Assembly: GCF_009914755.1 (NCBI RefSeq)
Contig: NC_060929.1
Length of the DNA stretch: 64,000 nt
Origin: the human T2T-CHM13v2.0 reference genome, Homo sapiens
Direction: 5' to 3' (one strand)
In this document: piece after piece, positions 46,700 to 58,865 of the stretch
Layout: each line of letters opens with the position of its first letter
Numbering within the stretch: the first letter of the stretch is position 1
Made by a program: the position numbers and the translations under genes
Notes under the pieces: model-generated
Databases searched by the model: none
The model's input: the letters and a program-made list of their open reading frames with translations, nothing else
What the model was told of the DNA's origin: nothing

Positions 46700-46930
46700 A
46701 TGATGATGATGAAAATCTTAAGAAGTCAGTGTTTCTGAATGCTTTCCATATGCCAGTCACTTTATATGCACTGTCTTATCCAACCCTTGTATCAACCTTA
46801 TGAGGTTGGTAGATATTATTATTCCCACTCCTAAAGAGGTTAAAATAACTGGTCTAAAGTCTAACTGCTAATAAGTGGAAGACTTCACTTGACTGTAAAG
46901 TACAACAGGCCATGCTTTTGATGATTACAC
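46700..46930 (-). mobile_element. MIR SINE
   Basis: 'tgaatgctttccatatgccag...atcaaccttatgaggttgg...attattattccc'. Confidence 0.7.
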
Positions 46931-47771
46931 AATAGCATCTCTCTCCAATGACTCATATAGGTGCTTGATACATATAGGTGCTAGATGATGATGATGGAAA
47001 AATATTTGTTTTCTGGGAGGCAGGGTAAACATCTTATATACAAAATGTTTAATGTTTTCTACATTTTTTAATGCTACATTAGTGAATTTAAAAATCTTGA
47101 ATTTTGTAGACTCGCACTTAACTAAAATGTGTTTATCCTCCTACTTTTCTAAATCAAGCTACCTTTAGAGTAACATTTGCAAATGTGTAGTTAATTTTGA
47201 CCAAACATGACTGCTCCTTGCAAACCCACTATTTTTAACCAGTCATAACTCTTGCACTAAGTCACCTTAAGGCTGTAACTTTCCATTCTGTGAAACATCT
47301 TTTTTTTCCTCCCAAGTTCTGGTTTCAATATGCTTTTGAAGGGTTCAAATAACTCAGAACCCCAGAAACTTGGCAGGACCTTTTCTGGGACTCTGTTGAT
47401 TCAATGGGAAGGAGGACAGGAAGCCAGTCACACATAAAGCACCTATGCACTGCTGTCTCCCTATCCATACCAGCATCTTCTTTCTTATCTAATACACTCT
47501 TTGAGGAATCCACCAAGGTGGTCACTTTGCAGAAACACGTTTTCCGTGTTTGGTTTTAGATATTTCTGCCATGAAAACTATTTCCATTATTCATTTGGCT
47601 TCCTCTTGACACAAAGCATGTTTCTCTTCATTTTACATTGAAGAATGGGGTAGGGAGAAAGCTATAGTCTAACAACATCATTGCATCAAACTTCTTTTAT
47701 AGAAAAGAGAACATGTTTACCAATAACGAGCTTTTCTCAATGCTACCTGATTATGGGAATAATTTAAAAAA

Positions 47772-48041
47772 ATTTTTTTTTTTTTAAGATAGAGTCTCAC
47801 TCTGTCACCCCAGCTGGAGTGCAGTGGTACGATCTCAGCTCACTGCAACTCTGCCTCTTGGGTTCAAGCGATTCTCCTGCCTCAGCCTCCCACGTAGCTG
47901 GGATTACGGGTGCCCACCACTATGCCTGGCTAATTTGTATTTTTAGTAGAGATGGGGTTTCATCACATTGGCCAGGTTGGTCTGGAACTCCTGACCTCAA
48001 GTGATATGCCCACCTCGGCCTCCCATACTCTAGGATTACAG
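47772..48041 (-). mobile_element. AluS, 5'-truncated by ~20 nt
   Basis: Ends at ...taggattaca; TSD tgattatggga at 47749-47759 and 48042-48052. Confidence 0.92.
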
Positions 48042-49894
48042 TGATTATGGGAGTAATTTGATAACATGTCTTTTTCTATCTCACATGCAATTGTCATTCT
48101 TTTATCTCATTGGTTCACAAATATTTATAATGTATTTCATTATGGTGTTAATCACTGGTGAATAAAATTGACAAGATCCTTGCCTTTAGGAAGTTTATAG
48201 TCTATCAGAGAAGTATAAAAATAGAAGAATAATTTTATTTAATTTTCTTTACTGACACATGTAATGATTTGCCCTATATAAAATAAATCCATGAATAATG
48301 GATTTCTGGGGGGCCTTTGTAAGGAGACAAAAGTCATGGCCTCCATCTCAGCCTAGTCTAGTTGATTTCTGTTTTTCCATGGTTACAGAAATAGATTTCT
48401 CACCTGCCAAACTTTTTTCAAAATACATTTTATTGATCACAGGAGGTCTGAGTAACACAATTTAGATGGATGAATCTACACTTATCCTGACTCTTAGACC
48501 AAGAAATCAAAGAGTGTAACCTATGGACTGATTGATAATGCATCCAAGATAGCCCATCTATCATCAAATGTCACTGGATTGCCTCTTTATCATGCCTTTT
48601 GAACATTTGCTAATAAAACAGAATTAAGCATAAATTTAACACGGAGAAATACATAATCTCTACGTCTTTTGGAGTTAAACCAGTCCCATGCAGAGGCTTC
48701 AAAGTTCAAAAGAGAAGACAGTTTATTTTAGTGTTGAAAAATGAAAAATTTTAGTGTGATTATTAAATAATTACAGTGTTTTATACTGAAATAATAGAAA
48801 CTAAATATTCATTCACTCATTTGCTCATGCATTCATTCTTTCCACAAGCACTTATTACCTGCCTATGATGTATCAGGAAATATACAGACACTGCCGGCAG
48901 GGACATAAATAATATTTGGTTCATAGCTTCAGGCATCTTGCAAAGTGGGACAAAGAGGCAAACACAGAAACACAGAATGAGATCGGGCATTATATGCATG
49001 GGACCAGAAGCCCATACAGGGGCTTGCTATTTAGTCAAGGCCTCAGAAAGAAAATCAGACTTTAAAGGAATTTGGAAAGATGTACAGATTTTTGCCAGTG
49101 AAGGGAGGGAATTAGGTGAAAATATTTCAGACGCGGAACAGCAGTGTGTTCTTGAGAAGCTGTGATCAGCTTTGTGTGGCTGCAGCAGTATGCAAGGGAG
49201 ATGAGTAGGGAGGGTAGCCAGGGAGGAATTTGCCAGGTATAAGAGTCTCCTGACAGTAGTAGTAAAAAATGGCCATACCGCATATGTTCAGATTAGAATT
49301 TTGTGACCTGCTGTCTAAAAGAGTTCTCTTAGAGAGGAGAAAATTTATAAAAGTAAATTCATATTTTTTCTTGCTGTTTGCAGAAACATCAGACTGTTTT
49401 GGTTCTGTTTTGTTTTCACTTGTACAAACTTTCTCCTACATCATGATGCAATCTCATTGCTGTAGTTTTAAGTTCTTGATTGTAACCATTCCAAACAGGG
49501 CAGAAGTACTATACCAGGAAGGAAAACTTACACAGTCCAGGAACTTTGTACCTCAGATCAGAGAGAAAATTCACTATGGAACAGCCAAACTGGCAGTTTT
49601 CCTAGTGCTGAAATCAGTGTGAATTTGTCAAACTTAAAAAAAACAGAAATTATGTAACTTGGCTTTGAGAAACACCTTTCTTCTTTTGGGGTATTGAGCC
49701 TCCCTTCTCTGCCTATTGTAAAGACCCATGACCATCTAGAGCCCAGCCCAGAATAGGCCTCATACCTCATGGCTGGCCCCTCACCCATGGTAGAGCTTTC
49801 TGATTGATCATGGTTCTCTTACTCGATAAGTGGGATGATCCAGGCAGCTGTTACCAACCAGTAATAGGATAAACCTCTGTGACTCTCATCTCAT

Positions 49895-50190
49895 TGTGAG
49901 CCACATATGTAATTTGAAAATTTCTAGTTAATACATTAAAAAACTATTAACAAGTGAAATTAATTTTAAGCATATATTTTATTTAGCTAAATATATCCAA
50001 AATATCATTTCAACATGGAATCAATATAAAAATCATTGAGAAATTTTGGATTCATATTTTCATACTAAGTGTTTGAAATCTGGTGTGCATTTTTACACTT
50101 GTAGCACAACTTAATTTTCAGTAGCCACATTTCAAGTGCTTATGAGCTGTGGGGATACAGTAGCTATTATATTGGACAACTTGGGGCTAG
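49895..50190 (+). mobile_element. MER33 (hAT-Charlie) DNA transposon
   Basis: 'gtgagccacatatgtaatttgaaaatttctag...atatatccaaaatatcatttcaacatg...gtagccacatttcaagtgct...tattggaca'. Confidence 0.88.
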
Positions 50191-52636
50191 ATTTGACCTC
50201 AGGCCTCAATGGGGTAGCTGAGGGAATGGGCTCAGAAATACTCTTCTTCCTTTGAGTGGCCAAGTCCATCCCATCCTTATATGCACATTCCCTGAGGAGG
50301 AGGCCCAAGTCGGGGTGAGACTAGAGAAAACCCACTCTGAGGCTGGTTGCTACAGAGCATGTCCTTGTAACAGCAGGAATTGCCCTCTCCAAAGGGAGAA
50401 TATCTTTACATTGGCAATTGACAGAGCCTGTAAATATTCTCACATATTTCCTGTGGTTATAATAGAGGAAAGATATGTGGCCAAAGTGAAAAACACTCTT
50501 TTAATGTAGTTCTTGCTTTCTTTTAACAATACTTTAAAGTTGGATATCTTAAAAGGACTATGAACAAAATACTGGGATTTAGAGAAGATGTTCAGGAGAG
50601 ATCAAAGACTCCAGAATGTTAGAGCTGGAGAAGACTTTGACATCAAATTGACATGTTTGGAAACTGAGACCCACAGAAGTTAAGGACCATTATCAGCTAC
50701 ACATCTAGGTAGAGACAGTACCAAATCTAAAACTCAGTTTCCTAAATCTCATTTCTCATTCAGATGTGTTGGCCCTGTATTTGAGGCCAAATGACATTAA
50801 GGATGGAACATTATTTGAGGAATATACAACTAATTTTAAGGCTACATCTACCTATCACAGAGTGAAGACCTGGATATCATCTGCCTAATGTCATTTATGG
50901 GAACAAATAAATAAGCAAACTTTTTTTGAGGGGAAGATAGAGGTGAGGATGGGCTTCCTTTCTCAAATGTGCTCGTTTTTATCCTGGTCAATTCACCAGG
51001 CAACCGTTAACTGTACTCTACACTATGGAGATTAAAAAAAGAAAAGGGAAAGAGAGCAAGGTGTAAGAAAGTAAAAGAAAGAATGAGGGCAATTATTCGG
51101 ATAAATGAGGCCAAATAAAACTGTCACGTGAAGACTGGGGTTGGATTACAGCCAGATAGCCAGCCCTCCCCTCATCTCCATTTCGCTGAACCTCACAATA
51201 TGGAGGGTTCCCTTTAACCTCAAAGGCCCAAGAATCTAAGCTCTGTTTGATGTTGCCTCACAGAACTATGTGGAAAAAAGATTTCTGGTTCTGAGTGATT
51301 TTTAAAGAGAAAAAAATGTAAGCAGATATTTTAATTACTAGCCCTTGAGCCAATTTATTTTCAGCAGCAACAACAAAGTCATACAAACCAGTGACACGAG
51401 TCAAGTGATTACTCTTTAAATGTGGGAGATGAAGAGGAGAGAGAAAGAAAAGAAAAGAAAAAAAAAAGAAAAGAAAAACAGCTCTGATTTCACATTATGG
51501 CTTCCAGCCAGACAGCAAAGATGAAATCTGTGAAATTCAAGGTCTTCAAGTATATTATTTCTTTGCTATTATTTCTGAAACAAGACCTGGGCAAAATCAG
51601 TTCAGGTTTAAAAAGAATATTACTTTAATTTTCTACATAAGATTGTCACAAAGTCTTAGTCAGAAAAGGAGAAAAGACAGATAACTATCACTCAAAGAGA
51701 AAAAATGAATAAATTAAATGAGGCAAAGTACATTTATATTACCAAAACTCTGGTCATAGACAAAACCTATCTTTTGGCACGAACTTATACAGTTTTGAAG
51801 AAAAGAAAAGAAAAAAAAAACCCAGCAACACAAATGATGAGATAATGCCCCTGAAAATGAACTCCCCTAAGTGTTAGGAAATCAATCAAGGCTAGGTCCA
51901 TCAAACAGAATTAATTTTATTTTTATGCAAATATATACTGAAAGCTCTTAGAGTTCATCCTAAAATATGTGATTTTCATAAAAATTTAATTCATATTCCT
52001 CCCTCTTCAAGGAACTAACATACAATTTTTGAAAATTGAGGAAGCTCTTGGAAAAGTCATCTGCCCAACAATGATGAAACATTGACGTTTTTGTCCTACT
52101 TGCAGAGTATATTTTCCACTAACCATAAATTCAATCTGTCTCTACTACAATCTCTACCAGATGTTGAAAGAACAGCAAAAAAATCCAAAGGAGCTGGTGA
52201 TAACATTTATATGAGTCTTCCCAGCCAATATCCAAGTGGTTCACAGTCTGGTAGGACAATTTAATTGCTATTAAGCTTTTGTCATTTTAAGGGACTTTAG
52301 TTTTTGTTCCTCAAGTATTTGTCCCTAACTCTTGGTTAGTAGAAGCCCTTTGAGAGGTTTTTCAGGCTAGATTGCTTGGACATGGCAAGAATCAGTCAGA
52401 ATATGGCTGTTTGTATGATATCGACATGTTTCCTTGACTCTCCCCTGACCAGGTGAATGCCAGTGGGGAAGGAGATAGAGCTGGTATTTGGCGTTCAATT
52501 CAGCATAATCATTGAGTCCTTCCGTCTGGCCAGGGCTTGCTGGACACTATGTCTGTGAGTGTCCACATGCCCTATGTGGTGAGCTTACCATGGGAGATCC
52601 AATATTTCTCATCAATTTTTTTTGACGCACACTGAC

Positions 52637-53051
52637 TGCTTTAGTTCATTTGTATTGCTATAAAAGAATACTTGAGGTTGGGTAATTTATAAAGAAAAGA
52701 GGTTTATTTGGCCCATAGTTCTGCAGGCTGTACAAGAAGCATGATGTCAGCATCTGCTTCTGTTGAGGGCCTCAAGATGCTTCCACTCATGGCAGAAGGC
52801 AAAGGGGAGCCGACGTGTCACAGGGTGCAAAAGGGGGCAAGAGATGGGGAGGGAGGTGCCAGCCTCTTTTCAACAATCAATTCTGGTGGGAACTAAAAGA
52901 GCAAGAGCTCATTCATTACAAGTGCAGCAATAAGCCATTCATGAAGAATCTGTGCCCATAACCCAAACACCTCCCACTAGACTCCAATTACAAAATGGGG
53001 GACCAAATTTCAACATGAGATTTGGAGAGGACAAACATCCAAACTATGTCA
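52637..53051 (-). mobile_element. MSTB/MSTB1 solo LTR
   Basis: tgctttagttcatttgtattgctataaaagaatac...ggacaaacatccaaactatgtca; perfect TSD ctgac at 52632-52636 and 53052-53056. Confidence 0.9.
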
Positions 53052-53221
53052 CTGACCTTACTCCATCTTAAGTATACAGAATATATGGGCTATCCAATTT
53101 GACTATGTATATCTCCCCTTGGTTCAGACTTACTCTGAATTTCTACCCCCCAAATAAAAATTTACCTTCTCTGTGTCTCATTCCCTCCTGACATTGCTAT
53201 CTTGTAACAAGGACTAGTCTG

Positions 53222-53507
53222 GGCTGGGTGTGGTGGTTCACACTTGTAATCTCAGCACTTTGGGAGGCCGACACGGGCTGATCACTTGAGGTCAGGAGTT
53301 TGAGACCAGCCTGGCTAACATGGTGAAACCCCATCTCTACTAAAAAAATACAAAAACAAAAATTAGCAGGGTGTGGTGTAGTCCTGGATACTTGGGAGAT
53401 AGGCAGGAGAATTGCTTGAACCTGGGAGTTGGAGGCTGCAGTGAGCCAAGATCTCGCCAGTGCACTCCAGTCTGGGCGAAAGAGTGAGACTCAGTCTCAA
53501 AAAAAAA
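53222..53507 (+). mobile_element. AluS
   Basis: Dimeric Alu; TSD aaggact(a/c)gtctg. Confidence 0.93.
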
Positions 53508-53604
53508 GGACTCGTCTGATCCATGACCTGCCAGAACTGAAAGGAATCTCACAGCTCATGTAATTTGATGGTCTCATTTTATATATGGGGAAAATGAGTC
53601 CTAA

Positions 53605-54265
53605 AATGTTCAGTTTAATAAACATTTAATAAGAGTCTGCTCAGGTCCAGGGAGTGTGGCAGCACCTGGGGCTGTACCTCATATAATTAAGACAGGATTC
53701 CTACCATGATTATTTTGCGGGAATGTAATTGGAGAAGGTAATTAGGATCCTTGAAGTGCAAAGATAGAAGTATGCTTAGGGAATTATGGTGCTTATGGGA
53801 AGATCACAGCCCAGGAGAGGGTGGGGTGGGGACAAAAGAGAGGAATTCTTGGAGATGATCTTTGGGCCAAGTCGTTAAAACGATGAGATGGAAGATGAGA
53901 TGGTAAAAATTGAATGAGGAAAGGAAAGGGACACTCCAGGCAAAGGCATGAGTAAAAGCCTGAAGAGTAGACTCAGCTTGGTGTGTGTGCATGAGTGTGC
54001 ACTGCAGGGAGCTCAGTAGCTGAAGGTTGCTGGGATGAAAGTGTGAGACCAAGGGGTATGGGGCTGAAAAGCAGGAAAAGCACCTTTCATGTCAATCAGG
54101 GACCTTAGATTTGATCCCGCAGGCAATGGCAGTGAGGTGCAGAAGCAGGTGAGTGCAATGAAGAATTCCAAGCTGAGACATGGTTAGATTTGCATTTTAA
54201 CCAGATCACTATGGGAATGCTGTGGAAAATGGATTTGAGGATACACTAGAGGCAGGAGAAGTAGT
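53605..54265 (-). mobile_element. L2 fragment
   Basis: 'ttcagtttaataaacattta', 'ccagggcaaaggcatgag', 'ttagatttgcattttaaccagatcact...tgtggaaaatggatttgagg'. Confidence 0.7.
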
Positions 54266-54903
54266 GAGTCTAGAACCCTGGTCTTGTCCTTCTGAGCCAA
54301 GTGTCCCACCTACTATACCAAGTTGATGCTATGGATCCAGCCAGAAGCAAATGCCTCAAGAAGACCCTAAGAATCCCTTGGCTTTGTGAGCATCTGCTGC
54401 TTCTGGACCATGGGGATCCATTGCTTTGTCTGATAGTAACACCATTTCAATTTGCTTTTTGGGGAGCCATCCTGTCCCACAGTTAATCTGAGCTTTCAGG
54501 GTAGGCTAATCTCTCCCTCAGGCTCCAGGAGTTGGTATCTGACTTTGGCCTAGCTAATTAATATATTCTATCCTCATAGGAAGGTGGCTGTTCAGTGATT
54601 GGAAGATTCTTGACAAATACATCGAGACACATTTTTGGATGTTTCCAACGCCACAGGCATTGTTTTAGATTAGACTCTACATGAAGATTCCAAGTATCAC
54701 AGCAGGTATGTGGGCCAGGATATCTGGGGACATATATCTAATGCATGTATTAGATATATGTTTTCTACTTTGCCCAACCCTGAAAGCCAACCCTGACTTC
54801 AAGATCCAACTGACTATGGCAATATAAAAGTATTAGAAGATTCGCCTTGTAAAATGACCAGCTTCATTGACCAGACTGCAAAACATACATAGACGAGGCT
54901 TAG

Positions 54904-55251
<348 letters not shown>

Positions 55252-55611
55252 CCATCTCTCTCTTTATATCTGAATCACAATACCTACTCTGAGGGAGCCA
55301 CTCAGTAATTACTGATTGATTAAAAAGATGGCTAAATGAGACCCTGCCTCTGCCCTCTGTGTTGTAGTTTGAGATCTAAGATGCAAAGCAGTTATCCAGG
55401 AGGAAATGGGTCAGCAGGGGCTGAGTTTTCTTCGTCAGATTGCCCCAAGTGGAAGTAATGCTGAGCAAGGGTGTTTGGGAGCTTGAAGACCAGGAGGAGC
55501 AAGACCAGCCCCAGCCAGTATCTCGAGGAAGGAAGCTGCAGTTTTTTTCTTTTCCCACTCACTCACAGGTTTATGAGAGAAAAATTCTGGAAAACACAGT
55601 AAGGCAGAAAG

Positions 55612-55664
55612 AAGAATGAAAATATTGCCAGAGTCCCAATATGCAGAGCTAACTACTATTAATG
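55612..55664 (+). repeat. 53-bp direct repeat, copy 1 (partner 57011-57063)
   Basis: aagaatgaaaatattgccagagtcccaatatgcagagctaactactattaatg; 51/53 identical to copy 2. Confidence 0.95.
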
Positions 55665-55990
55665 GTTGGTTTTTGTGTACTGACTTCCAAGCTTCTTTCC
55701 CTGCAAATGTTTTCAGGCATACCTACAAGCGGGCACACATACAGAACCCCAAGCATGCACACATACAGAACCCAGGGCAGAGGATTCTGTCTCCCCAGCT
55801 TTGTCCCAGGCTTTCTCCAGGGCAGTGTATCATGGGCATTTCCCTCACATGCATATCACTCTGAAGTAGGCTAGGTTAACGTCCAAACAGTTCCAAGATG
55901 TCCTTATCTGACTCCCACATTTCTAGGTACATGACAGCTGCCTAAGAGCAGTTTTCTCTTGGCAACTGTTCTAGGGAACATCTGCCTGCT

Positions 55991-56123
55991 GCCTCTTTCT
56001 CCTCCTGCAGACACCGAGTGATCCATTGCCCTCAGAAAAAGTACACGGCCAGGATCATGGACAAACCCTAGGGATAGGAGGATGGAAAGTGCTCTCATAA
56101 CTCTTAACATGTATACACTGTTA
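55991..56123 (+). repeat. Inverted repeat, arm 1 (partner 56445-56578)
   Basis: Manual alignment to the reverse complement of arm 2 gives 9 substitutions and 1 indel over ~133 bp. Confidence 0.95.
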
Positions 56124-56226
56124 AGAGCAATACTATTTGTATTGTTGTTGATGATGCAAATATAAACCTGGTCTCACCATCTACCCCTTGCTTAAAAATG
56201 CTTCTTGGCTACCTGTTGCTTTTAGA

Positions 56227-56377
56227 TTTTTAGAATTTTTTTATTAATTCTATTTTTTTAAGAGATAGGGTCTTGCTATGTTGCCTAGGCTGGTCTCAAA
56301 CTCCTGGCCTCAAGCAATCCACCCATCTCTGCCTCCCAAAGTCCTGGAATTACAAGTGTGAGCCACCATGCCTGGCC
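56227..56377 (-). mobile_element. FLAM-type Alu monomer
   Basis: Single left arm; TSD t(g/a)ttgcttttaga at 56214-56226 and 56378-56390. Confidence 0.88.
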
Positions 56378-56444
56378 TATTGCTTTTAGAATAACTACTT
56401 GCATTCTTATCAAGGGGGGCCCTGGGTGGCGTCTCCCCTACATG

Positions 56445-56578
56445 TAACAGTGTATACATGTTAAGAGTTAGGAAAGCACTTCCCCATCCTCCTAGCCCTA
56501 GGGTTTGTCCATGATCCTGGCTGTGTACGTTTTCTGAGGTCAATGGATCACTTGGTGGCTGCAGGAGGAGAAAGAGGC
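56445..56578 (-). repeat. Inverted repeat, arm 2
   Basis: Reverse complement of 55991-56123. Confidence 0.95.
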
Positions 56579-57010
56579 CTGCCCCTCCCCCCATCTTCCC
56601 TGCCTACCCTTGTAACCTGGCCTTTCTTCTTTGTTCTTATAACACTGTTAGTCCCTATCAGGCCTTAGGGCCTCTCTTCTGCCTCTTTCTAACCCTCTTC
56701 CCAATCCTCTTTGACTATTTCAGTTCCTAATCATACTACTGCCCCTTTTCTATCAACACTTCTCAGGGAAGTCACCTTAGGGGTCAGAAGACGTCCTCCA
56801 TTTTTTGTTCCTTGCCATTGTCCTTCACTGCACTCATCATTTCTGCAAATGCATATCAGTTTATATGACTGCTTGCTTGAATGTCTGTCTTTCCTGCTAG
56901 ACTGCAAGCTCTATCAGGGCAGGGGTGGTGTCCGAGCTGTTCACTGAGTAATCCACAGTGCCTAGGTTGGTGCTTAGCACATAGTAAGGTCTCAATAAAT
57001 AGTGAAAATA

Positions 57011-57063
57011 AAGAATGAAAATATTGCCAGAGTCCCAGTATGCAGAGCTAACTACCATTAATG
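57011..57063 (+). repeat. 53-bp direct repeat, copy 2
   Basis: aagaatgaaaatattgccagagtcccagtatgcagagctaactaccattaatg. Confidence 0.95.
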
Positions 57064-58169
57064 ACTTTTGTTTATTGACTCAATAAATAAAAATGAAGGA
57101 AGGAGTAATGTCATTATTGTAATTTGGGTGGTGAGTGGGGAGAGGAAGGGAGGTACACAGAGAAATCCACTTCATTGCGTGTCCTCTTTCTTCTTGCCTT
57201 TCTTCTGCTACCGAATCTGCTGACTCCTCCAGTGTCACCACGCCCTGTTCAGCAAAATCCCAGAAAAGATCCCAAACCTCTTTATCTTGCTTTCCTCCTC
57301 CATTTATCTGCTAAAGAGAGGGAGTTTGAGAAAGAGGGGCCAGGGCCGTAGCATTTCTAAAAGGCATAGAGGTGAATCCCTGCCCTCTCCATGAGTCTCC
57401 ACCAGAGCAAGCAGAGATCTCATGCTCATAAAATTCACCCAGGTTGTGGAAGCAGAACTGATGAGGGCTCTGCTATGGGAACTCGATCAGCTCAGCCCCT
57501 TGGACCTGGTACAGCTCATCCTTATGTAACACACCAAGTCAGAAATTACAGGAGTAAAGTGGTTACTGTCTTTCCACTTTCTGCCTGGAGGCTCTGTTTT
57601 TCTACTCTTCCCTTTGGGGAGATGATGGCTGGTCCATGATAACAACACCTCTAAATAGTGCCTCCCCTGTGAGTTTCCCATCCAGGAGCTCACAGGATGG
57701 TGTGACAAATCTGCCTGCTCTAAGGATGTTTTTGTCCTTTGCTGCTGAATCTCACCTTGAATTTGTATTTTTGAAGTGTATGCCCAACCCACTTACTAGG
57801 AAAGATGGCATCTCCTGTAACCACTAATTTCTCTCATGGCTTTATACAGTCGTTTGTAGGCCCAGAAACCCCAGATGACCTTTCTGTGCTAGAGAGGAAA
57901 ACCCAAGTTCTTTGCCAGGCATCCAAGGCCCTAGTGGCCCAGATTTCCTCTCCAGTATCCCCTTCCAGAAGGTTACCATGTAGGGAATATCGACTCCCAC
58001 ATACAATGTTCCCCAGCCACTACTCCATTGTTTGGGTTTTAGGTAGTGTTGTTTCCTGCCCAGCTGCCTTTCCTCCTTCTCTCCATGTCTGAGCACCATC
58101 CTCTACCCCATTCCTCTGGGATCAGCACAAGCTCTGACTTCTCCACCAAGTTTTTTCCAGATCCCTCAT

Positions 58170-58865
58170 GCTAAAGCCAACAGCCCCTTCTGTGTCCTAA
58201 TTCACTTGGCCTCTCGGCGGCATTCAACCCTGTTGTTGCCCTCTATTGTCCCCTTAGTCTCTGTGATACCCACCTGTCCTTATCTACCTTCTCTGTGGAT
58301 ACATCCTTTTCTACCCAGACATGAGATGTTGGCATTTCTACAAGCCTGGCCTTAGACTTCCTCCTCCTATTTCTTACCTATATGCAAATGGCTCCCAAAT
58401 TTGTGTCTCCACCTTAGATATCTTATCTGAGTTCTAAACTGTTATATTCAGCTCTTAGACTCTCAATGGTATCTCACCCCCAATATGCCCAAGACAGTCA
58501 TGATTTCTCCCTGTCCTTCTCACTTCCCCCACCTTCAATCTAGCTCCTTCCAGTGTTTCTTCTCTCAGTAAAGGGCATCACCATCCATCCAAGCATGTGA
58601 GCCAGAACTCTGGAAGTCATCTTGGGACATCTTTGTTACAGAGACACTTGTGGATGCTTACCGTGTTCCAGACACGGTTCCAGACATGAATATTCATGCA
58701 TGTCATATTGTCTTAGTTCTCTGTATACACGTGACCTTTCTCTCCAATAAGATTGCAAGTCCTTGGAAAATAGAGAGTCTATCTCTTACACATCATGCCA
58801 GGCCCTAACTTTAGCAGAGTGTCATATTCCTAGCAGGCACTCAATACATGCTTATTGACTGCTTA
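58170..58865 (+). mobile_element. L2 fragments
   Basis: 'atgcaaatggctcccaaattt', 'ctcagtaaagggcatcaccatccatcca...gccagaactctggaagtcatctt', 'agattgcaagtccttgg...tagcaggcactcaata'. Confidence 0.7.

Larger units (their letters stand above)
56150..57020 (+). mobile_element. L2 3' fragment, interrupted by an Alu monomer and inverted arm 2
   Basis: 'cccttgcttaaaa...ttgcttttagaata', 'ctagactgcaagctctatcagggcagg...gttcactg...cacagtgcctag...gcacatagtaaggtctcaataaata'. Confidence 0.78.

Noticed and set aside
46954-46987. 17-bp tandem duplication catataggtgct(t/a)gat
   Set aside because: Real but an ordinary slippage duplication, with no further context.
49269-49622. 117-aa ORF containing a good acceptor (ttttttcttgctgtttgcag at ~49383)
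   Set aside because: No recognisable protein similarity and no convincing downstream donor; insufficient support.
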